Source of the DNA: Aeromicrobium sp.
GTDB taxonomy: Bacteria > Actinomycetota > Actinomycetes > Propionibacteriales > Nocardioidaceae
Direction: 5' to 3'
Length of the DNA: 34,037 nt
NCBI GenBank assembly: GCA_033813795.1
Contig: JAPXRA010000001.1
Span: 1-34,037, forward strand
Positions within the stretch are counted from its first letter, which is position 1. The number at the start of each line of letters is the position of its first letter. A program made the translations under genes and the position numbers. The notes under the pieces were generated by a model, which was not told where the DNA came from, searched no databases, and worked only from the letters and a program-made list of their open reading frames with translations. Below are positions 27,471-34,037 of this stretch, piece by piece.

Positions 27471-29177
27471 TCAGTCGAGGCAAACCGCGGGAAGCTCGAA
27501 CCAACGCAGGCGTTCAAACTCCGGGCTCAGCCGGGTGGCCGGTTTGCCTAAAACAGGAACTGGCCTGGTCGAAGCCAACTGTTCGGCTTCGACCAGATAG
27601 CCGGCCAGCGCCGATTCTGGTGCCCGGTCGTCGAGGTGCGGGTAGCGCATTTCGCCGGTTGTTTGGTCGTAGTGGACTTGGTCGAGCCGAAGTGGTGGTT
27701 CGACTTTGCCGTCCAAGTGGTGCCAAAGGCCGCTGGCGGTATCGAAGCGGTAGTCGGGCAGGAACTGCGCGCCGTGGTTGGCCACGAACTTCACCGCCGA
27801 GATCAAATAGTCGATCACCGCATCGGACACGAAGTAGTTGAAGTTCACTCGGACCCAACCTGGTTTGATTCCTTCGCAGCCGCCACTGATTTCGTGTTCG
27901 AATTCGTGCGAGCGTTCAACGTCGATCCCCAGCAGGCGGTGCCCGTATGGGCCGGCGCACGAACAGCCGCCGCGAGCCTGAATGCCAAACAGGTCGTTTA
28001 GCAACGAAACGACGAAGTTGTGGTGCAAATGTTTGCCGCGACGACCATCTGCGCCGGTTGCGTAGATCACGAACGAGACGATCGACAAGCGTTCGGCCGC
28101 CAGGTTGCCGAGCATTTCAAGGTTCGGTTCTGGGCGCCACTGCTCAATCACTTGCTGCAGGACTTGTTCTTCGCGGTCTCGGATCACGTCGATGCCGACG
28201 GCCTCCTTGAGCCCGAACACCAGACCGGCTCGAATCGATTCGATGATTGCGGGGGTGCCGCCCTCTTCGCGGTGTTCCACATCGGCCAGATACCGGTGTT
28301 CGTCCGGGTTCACGTACGCCACGGTCCCGCCGCCGGGGACCACCGGCACCCGGTTCGTCAGCAGGGACTTCCGGATTGCCAGCACACCGGGGGTGCCGGG
28401 TCCGCCGATGAACTTGTGCGGCGAGATGAACACGGCGTCCTTGGCCGGGTTGACGTGGTTGTCGCAGGTCGGGTCCATCTCAATTTGAACGTAAGGCGCG
28501 GCCGCGGCAAAGTCCCAGAAGGAGAGCGCGCCGTAGCGGTGCAGCAGTTCGGCGACTGCGTGCGTATCGGTCAAGATTCCGGTGACGTTCGAAGCGGCCG
28601 AGAACGAGCCGATTTTGAGTGGCCGGTCTTGGTACTTGACTAACTCTCGTTCAAGCGCAGAAAGGTCCACGTGGCCGTCGGGGTCTTCGCCGATGGTGAC
28701 CACGTCACAGATCGACTCGCGCCAACCCAACTCATTTGAATGGTGCTCGAACGGACCGATGAAAACCACCGGCCGTTCGGCAGCCGGGATTTGAGCCGAC
28801 AGGTCGTATTTGGCGTCAAGGTCGGCCGGAATCCGAAGATTCAACAAGCCGATCGTCTTGTCGATCGCGGCGGTTGACCCCGAGCCACAAAACAGGATCG
28901 CCACGTCGTCATCGGCCCCGATGCCAGCGCGAATCGTGCGCCGCGCGTCCTCGCGGAGCCGGGTCGTCTGCAGGCCAGTGCCGCTGGACTCGGTGTGGGT
29001 GTTGGCATACCGCGGTAGCACTTGCTCGCGCAGGAAGTCTTCGAGGAAGCCGAGTGACCGACCACTTGCGGTGTAGTCGGCGTAGGTGACTCGTCGCGGG
29101 CCATAGGGGCCATACATGACTTGATCGTCGCCGATGACCGACTCGCGGATTCGCTTCAGCAGCGCGGGTTCAGTCAT
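27471..29177 (-). CDS. Aminotransferase class V / cysteine-desulfurase-like PLP enzyme (long form)
   Basis: YADYTASGR, YANTHTE, FEHHSNEL, ASNVTG, WDFAAAAPY, SPHKF (PLP Lys), REEGGTP, ARGGCSCAGPY, GWVRVNF. Confidence 0.88.
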   Translation of the reverse strand: MTEPALLKRIRESVIGDDQVMYGPYGPRRVTYADYTASGRSLGFLEDFLREQVLPRYANTHTESSGTGLQTTRLREDARRTIRAGIGADDDVAILFCGSGSTAAIDKTIGLLNLRIPADLDAKYDLSAQIPAAERPVVFIGPFEHHSNELGWRESICDVVTIGEDPDGHVDLSALERELVKYQDRPLKIGSFSAASNVTGILTDTHAVAELLHRYGALSFWDFAAAAPYVQIEMDPTCDNHVNPAKDAVFISPHKFIGGPGTPGVLAIRKSLLTNRVPVVPGGGTVAYVNPDEHRYLADVEHREEGGTPAIIESIRAGLVFGLKEAVGIDVIRDREEQVLQQVIEQWRPEPNLEMLGNLAAERLSIVSFVIYATGADGRRGKHLHHNFVVSLLNDLFGIQARGGCSCAGPYGHRLLGIDVERSHEFEHEISGGCEGIKPGWVRVNFNYFVSDAVIDYLISAVKFVANHGAQFLPDYRFDTASGLWHHLDGKVEPPLRLDQVHYDQTTGEMRYPHLDDRAPESALAGYLVEAEQLASTRPVPVLGKPATRLSPEFERLRWFELPAVCLD

Positions 29178-29214
29178 GGGTACAACCTAACCAAAATCAG
29201 TGCCGTCGGCGGGC

Positions 29215-30588
29215 TCACTGGTAGGTAATTAAGTCCGGATGCGGCCGCACCTTCTGCCACGTTTGCGGAACCGTCAGCATGGGCTGATCCTCATCGAGGA
29301 AGTTCTTCCAGCCCCAGAAAACTCCGGCGGGCGCGTCAGCGCGAATGTTGTGCCAAGTGTTGTGCTTTGCCGCTGGCGCACCCTGGCCGTCGACGTGGAT
29401 CACCATTGCCAACTCCGGCCGGTTGGTCACCAATTTCGACCGGTTGCGCACCATCTGAGTCTGAAACTGGTGAACCACGAAAAGTTTCTGCGGCAGGGTG
29501 TGCCGAACGGTGAGTTCAGCCAGCCAAGCTGTCACCGAATTGATTTCGGCGGCCGTCATATGGCCGATTCGTTGCAGCGGCTTGCCTTTGGGACCTAGTT
29601 TCCACTCCGGATCGACTGCCAGCCCGACGTGTGGTTCGAGCAGCAGCGAGCGATACTCCTTGGCCTGGGCGAGCGCTTTGCCGCGGCCAGGCTGCAAGTC
29701 GAGGATGACGGTCACGCCGGCGGCTTTCGCCTCATCTATTAGTGGTCGCAGTTCGGCCACCGGCGTTCGCCTCGAGTAGTCGCGCCTTTTGCCCGGGCCC
29801 GCACTGGCCACGGTGGCGATGATCTCGAAGGCCGGAGCGAACGACTGGTTTGGTGCCGCCGCCTCATATTTACGCACCAGATTCTGGACCCGCTTGACTG
29901 ACTTTCGCGGACTTTGCTCACCGAGAATGCCAAGAGCAGCAGTTTGCGGGTGGCCATACAGCGCGAGGTAGCGGTGACCGGGCAGCGCCAGGTATCCGCC
30001 GGCGGGCACGGTCGCTTCAGCGCGCACGGCTTCAACCGGGTATTTCTTGGCTCCGACGGCGAGCAGGGGACTCTTCTTCGTGCGCTGCAGGGCCTTGATC
30101 GAAGCGGCATCAGTGCGCGGATCTTTGGTGGTAAGGATCAGTTTTGCGCCACCGAGTTCGGCAAGGAACTTCAACTCCGGACTCGGCGCGGCCACGGTGG
30201 CGATTACCGCCGAACTTTTACGTGTCGGCGGTTCTAGCTCGCTGACCTCAACTTGGTCCAGGTCGACCACCTTCGCGCCGAGGCGCTTTGCCTCGGCCTT
30301 CCCGGCGGCGGTAGCGGGCAGCACCGGGATGGAGAACTCTCGTGCCACGCGTAGTGCTTCGCCGTCGGCCGGATCAGCTAGTACGACTGCTTTCGCCGAG
30401 TCGAACAAGAAGTGCGACGCGGCCACCTGAGCGCCAGAAGCCGACGCCGTCTGCACTCCGGTCGGGGTTGCCAAGGAGACGTTCGAGGTGCTCGATGCCG
30501 CCTCGTAGCCGTCACAACCAGCGACCAGCGAACTGGTCACAAAGATCGCGACGAGAAGCGGCAGCAGTCGGCGTACTGATTGGCTCAC
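29215..30588 (-). CDS. Uncharacterised lipoprotein with a conserved C-terminal domain
   Basis: Lipobox LVAGC; C-terminal block ALYGHP..LGILGEQ, AFEIIATVA, LDLQPGR, VGLAVDPEW, QKLFVVHQF, HVDGQG, GWKNFLDED. Confidence 0.75.
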   Translation of the reverse strand: MSQSVRRLLPLLVAIFVTSSLVAGCDGYEAASSTSNVSLATPTGVQTASASGAQVAASHFLFDSAKAVVLADPADGEALRVAREFSIPVLPATAAGKAEAKRLGAKVVDLDQVEVSELEPPTRKSSAVIATVAAPSPELKFLAELGGAKLILTTKDPRTDAASIKALQRTKKSPLLAVGAKKYPVEAVRAEATVPAGGYLALPGHRYLALYGHPQTAALGILGEQSPRKSVKRVQNLVRKYEAAAPNQSFAPAFEIIATVASAGPGKRRDYSRRTPVAELRPLIDEAKAAGVTVILDLQPGRGKALAQAKEYRSLLLEPHVGLAVDPEWKLGPKGKPLQRIGHMTAAEINSVTAWLAELTVRHTLPQKLFVVHQFQTQMVRNRSKLVTNRPELAMVIHVDGQGAPAAKHNTWHNIRADAPAGVFWGWKNFLDEDQPMLTVPQTWQKVRPHPDLITYQ

Positions 30589-30648
30589 CGGTTAGACGGT
30601 ACCCGCCGTTTTGCTGGCGGCACTAGGTGCGGCCGATATGCTCACCCG

Positions 30649-31290
30649 GTGATCTTGCAAGCAGAAGCCCAAATTGACGGTCTAGCCGGGTTCATGATCG
30701 ACCTGATGGAAAAGATGGGTCTGGTGGGCGCGGCGATAGCCGTCGGCATGGACAACCTCTTCCCGCAGATCCCCAGCGAAATCGTCCTGCCGATGGCCGG
30801 ACTGGCGGCGAGCCAAGGGACTTTCTCACTGGCTGGTGCGTTGTTCGCCACCACCGCGGGCTCAGTGATCGGCGCTTGCATCATGTACTGGCTGGGTCGG
30901 ATTTTTGGCCGCGAGCGTACCGCTTGGCTATTCATCAAGACGCCGTTGTTGAAGCTCTCGGATCTCGAAGCGGCAGAGGCGTGGTTCGCCAAGCACGGGC
31001 GCAAAGCAGTCTTTTTCGGTCGGATGGTGCCAATTTTTCGCAGCCTGATTTCGATTCCGGCCGGGGTCGAGAAAATGAACTTTTCCCTGTTCGTCTTACT
31101 AACGACGATCGGCAGCCTGATCTGGAACTCGATCTTCGTCGGCGCCGGCTACACCTTGGGCGAAAACTGGCACGTGATCGAGCCGTACGCCGACTGGTTC
31201 CAGCGCCTGGTGATCCTTTCGGTGCTGGTGGTCTGCGGCTGGTTCGTGGTCACCCGGGTGCGCGAACTTCGCGACCCGCGTGAACGCTGA
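30649..31290 (+). CDS. DedA family membrane protein
   Basis: NLFPQIPSEIVLPMAG, GSVIGA..YWLGR, WFAKHG..AVFFGRMVPIFRSLISIPAG. Start GTG 30649, 6 nt after TATGCT. Confidence 0.92.
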   Translation: MILQAEAQIDGLAGFMIDLMEKMGLVGAAIAVGMDNLFPQIPSEIVLPMAGLAASQGTFSLAGALFATTAGSVIGACIMYWLGRIFGRERTAWLFIKTPLLKLSDLEAAEAWFAKHGRKAVFFGRMVPIFRSLISIPAGVEKMNFSLFVLLTTIGSLIWNSIFVGAGYTLGENWHVIEPYADWFQRLVILSVLVVCGWFVVTRVRELRDPRER

Positions 31291-31298
31291 TGGCCCGC

Positions 31299-32975
31299 CT
31301 AGTCCTGCATTGACGGCGGAATCCCGGCGTTCTCCTCGGCGGCCTTGACCAGTTTGTCCTTCAGCCGGGTCAGGTCCGCTTCGGACCAATCGGCCGGTTG
31401 CAGTATCTGAGCCCACGCGCCGACGTGTTCGCCGACGAAGTTGTGTCCGTGTCCGGGCGGAACCCCCATCGAAACAGCCATATCGGCCGAGGTCTGCCAG
31501 AAGGTGATGATCGGGAACCAGCGCATCGACGGTGCGACGTCGGCGCCATGAGGTTCGCTCAGCCAGTCCGGTTCGTTCCAGATCAGGTCTGGGCTCCACC
31601 AGGTAATCGGGTCGGAGGTGTGCACCAAATACAACACCCGCGGGGACTTCCACGGCTTGTTGGCCGGGATCGAGTCTTGCCAAACCGAGTTAGTGAACCG
31701 GACGATTCGGCCGTCGCGGAAAACCGGTTCGATCTCCTTGCTTCCGGGTGCACGATTGTTTCGGAATTCGGAGTAGAGCTCGTTGAAGTTCGGCGGACCG
31801 ACAAACAGCACCCCCGAAGTGCGGTTGCGCAAGTCGGCTTCGCCGCTGAACGCGGTTTCCATCGCGAATGAGCCGAGGCTCTCACCAAAGACATAGAGTT
31901 TGGGCCGCGATTCGACCGGCAACTCCAGCCAGCGTTCGTAGACCTCGTCGAACAGGGCGCGCCCGGCGTTGCGGGCAGCGGTCTGGTCGACCAGGAACGA
32001 CACCCACGATGGCAGATAGGAGTACTGCATCGAGACAATCGCTGAATCGCCATCTGTCAGGTACTCAAACGAGTTGGAGGCGCTCGGCTCGATGAACCCC
32101 GAACCGGTCGAGCCAGCAACAAGCAGGTGTCCGCGTTCAAACCCTCCGGCGCGAACTAGGTCATCAACGGCAAGGGCAGCGCGCTCCTCGACGTTTTCAG
32201 CGTTTGCCGTGCCGGCGTAGGCTCGGATCGGATCCAAGGCGGGCCTGCCAGTGAACTCGGCGATTTCCTCGCCAGTTGGCCCACGCCCGACGAACCGGCG
32301 ACCTTGCCGGCCCAAGTCTTCCCACTTGGCTAGGGATGCCTCGCTGCCTGAACGAAGTTCGCTCGTTGGCTGTTCTAGCGTCTTGGGGATTTGTACGTCG
32401 CCGAGGGCGAACGAGGAGTCGACTGCCTTGATCACGTTGTCGAAAACTAGGCCGCTCAACGCCAAGAAAGTGAGCACGCTGACCACCAGCACTGCGGATG
32501 CTTTTGCCGCCTTGGGGCCGATTACGCGTCGAAGTAGATTGCTCAACCAGTTCGAGGCTTTCCGCAGGCCGCGGCCGACGGCAACCAGCAGGATGAACAA
32601 CACGATGCTCAGCAGCGGGACAGTCAGATAGCGCCAAGTGCTCGCCGGTCCTTGGCCCATGAGTTCGCGGATCTGATTCTGCTCGCCGGTACTGATCGCC
32701 GACGCGATCGCGATCCCGGCCGCCGCAGTCCCGCCCAGTGCTCGCCAGTGCCAAGTCTTAGTCGGAATAGTGTCGCGATTGGCAAAGGCCCGCCAAAGCC
32801 AAGCGATCAGCACACCGATGCCGTAGCCGATGGCCGCCGAGATTCCCGCAACTGCGCCTTGGAACAAGGCCGGGCGTGGCAATAGCGATGGCATTAGCGA
32901 CATCGCGGCAAATGCAAATGCACCGACGAGTCCAGGAAGCGTGTACTGGAATCTCGGCATTTTTAGGCGGGGCAC
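31299..32975 (-). CDS. Membrane-anchored alpha/beta hydrolase (Abhydrolase_9-like)
   Basis: N-terminal TM domain (SLMPSLLPRP), LGRQGRRFV, PIRAYAG, TGSGFI, MQYSYLPSW, nucleophile GESLG, SDPITWW, GHGH. Confidence 0.88.
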   Translation of the reverse strand: MPRLKMPRFQYTLPGLVGAFAFAAMSLMPSLLPRPALFQGAVAGISAAIGYGIGVLIAWLWRAFANRDTIPTKTWHWRALGGTAAAGIAIASAISTGEQNQIRELMGQGPASTWRYLTVPLLSIVLFILLVAVGRGLRKASNWLSNLLRRVIGPKAAKASAVLVVSVLTFLALSGLVFDNVIKAVDSSFALGDVQIPKTLEQPTSELRSGSEASLAKWEDLGRQGRRFVGRGPTGEEIAEFTGRPALDPIRAYAGTANAENVEERAALAVDDLVRAGGFERGHLLVAGSTGSGFIEPSASNSFEYLTDGDSAIVSMQYSYLPSWVSFLVDQTAARNAGRALFDEVYERWLELPVESRPKLYVFGESLGSFAMETAFSGEADLRNRTSGVLFVGPPNFNELYSEFRNNRAPGSKEIEPVFRDGRIVRFTNSVWQDSIPANKPWKSPRVLYLVHTSDPITWWSPDLIWNEPDWLSEPHGADVAPSMRWFPIITFWQTSADMAVSMGVPPGHGHNFVGEHVGAWAQILQPADWSEADLTRLKDKLVKAAEENAGIPPSMQD

Positions 32976-33047
32976 GGCTGAACTCTATGTCATGGCTATC
33001 CGGCCGCGACATGGAACGGAAAAGGTACTTACCGGTACGGTGACCAA

Positions 33048-34037
33048 GTGCCGTACCAACTTTTGATTGACGGGTCTTGGCGTGACGCCGAAGGCCAAGC
33101 AACCTTTGAGGTAGAGAATCCCGCGACCGGTCAAGTCCTTGCCACGGTGGCCGATGCTTCAGTCGCGGACGGCCAAGCAGCATTGGCCGCAGCGGTAGCC
33201 GCCCAGGCAAAGTGGGCTAAGACGGCTCCGCGAGATCGCGGTGAAATCCTGCGGCGGGCCTACGAACTAATCGTCGAGCGCACGGACGAGTTGGCCGAGC
33301 AAATGACGGCCGAGATGGGCAAGCCGGTCGCCGAATCGAAGGCCGAAATCGTTTACGGCGCGGAGTTCTTTCGCTGGTTCGCCGAAGAGGCTGTTCGGAT
33401 CGGCGGCCGCTACGCCACCGCTCCCAATGGGCAGACGCGGTTGGTCACGTTGAAGCAGCCGGTCGGGCCGTGCCTCATGATCACTCCGTGGAACTTCCCG
33501 CTGGCGATGGGCACTCGCAAGATCGGCCCGGCGATCGCGGCTGGCTGCACCATGGTGGTCAAACCGGCAGCGTTGACCCCGCTTTCGATGCTTAGCCTTG
33601 GTGAAATCTTGCAGGAAGCGGGTCTGCCGGCCGGGGTGCTCAACATCGTCACCACTACGAACACCGGACCGGTGATGGAGCCGATCATCACTGATCGGGC
33701 GCTTCGCAAGTTGACCTTCACCGGCTCCACCGAGGTTGGCCGCACCTTGATCGCTCAGTCGGCTGAACAGGTGCTGCGAGTGTCGATGGAATTGGGCGGA
33801 AACGCGCCGTTCATCGTTTTCGACGACGCTGACCTCGACAAGGCGGTTGCCGGGGCGATGCTCGCCAAGATGCGCAATCTTGGTGAAGCATGCACCGCGG
33901 CCAACCGGTTCATCGTGCACGAATCGCTTGCCGATGAATTTGCGCGCCGGTTCGCCGCCGAAATGGCGAAGGCTCCCACCGGACCGTTGGTTGAGGCAAA
34001 ACAGCGCAACAAGGTTGCCGAACTTGTGGAAGACGCC
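33048..34037 (+). CDS. gabD: NAD(P)-dependent succinate-semialdehyde dehydrogenase; partial, runs off the window end
   Basis: Absent from the ORF track. Manual translation from GTG 33048 gives MPYQLLIDGSW..NPATG..EMGKP..FFRWFAEEAVR..ITPWNFPLAMGTRKIGPA..KPA..FTGSTEVG..ELGGNAP..GEACTAANR. Confidence 0.88.
   Translation, partial: MPYQLLIDGSWRDAEGQATFEVENPATGQVLATVADASVADGQAALAAAVAAQAKWAKTAPRDRGEILRRAYELIVERTDELAEQMTAEMGKPVAESKAEIVYGAEFFRWFAEEAVRIGGRYATAPNGQTRLVTLKQPVGPCLMITPWNFPLAMGTRKIGPAIAAGCTMVVKPAALTPLSMLSLGEILQEAGLPAGVLNIVTTTNTGPVMEPIITDRALRKLTFTGSTEVGRTLIAQSAEQVLRVSMELGGNAPFIVFDDADLDKAVAGAMLAKMRNLGEACTAANRFIVHESLADEFARRFAAEMAKAPTGPLVEAKQRNKVAELVEDA

Noticed and set aside
32988-33011. Imperfect dyad TGTCATGGC-N6-GCCGCGACA between the hydrolase and gabD
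   Set aside because: It has two mismatches in GC-rich sequence, does not fit PafBC spacing, and has no candidate regulator.
1-34037. CRISPR arrays, tRNA/rRNA genes, IS/integrases, prophage, defence systems
   Set aside because: No repeat-spacer pattern or mobile-element ORF was seen. Intergenic gaps are almost all under 160 bp and explained by promoters or terminators. A covariance-model search was not possible.

Overview
A 34 kb piece of high-GC actinobacterial core chromosome. Gene content and order resemble the origin-proximal murJ-ino1-ponA-rpsF-dnaB region of Nocardioidaceae/Propionibacteriales-like genomes; this is inferred, not database-confirmed. It has 29 CDS: a partial pseudokinase, murJ, a DUF6049-like exported protein, cca, ppgK, DUF808, ino1 with a PadR regulator, a class A PBP, an alanine-racemase-like PLP enzyme with a FemAB/FemX transferase, two siderophore-interacting proteins, a MacB/FtsX-type ABC pair, rpsF-ssb-rpsR-rplI, an orphan family-5 solute-binding lipoprotein, dnaB, an atypical cytochrome P450, an inositol monophosphatase, DUF4203, a class V aminotransferase, an unknown lipoprotein, DedA, a membrane alpha/beta hydrolase and a partial gabD. 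I saw no rRNA, tRNA, CRISPR, IS or prophage. The most informative signals are regulatory. (i) The 359-bp region before dnaB packs about nine DnaA-box-like 9-mers, a perfect CRP/GlxR site and a perfect PafBC (RecA-NDp) promoter. (ii) DtxR/IdeR-like iron boxes precede a SIP gene and an unusual P450. (iii) Thirteen genes have a -10 hexamer 6-8 nt before the start codon, suggesting leaderless mRNAs. The best candidate for an uncharacterised system is the divergent Alr-like enzyme paired with FemX, followed by the iron-boxed P450.
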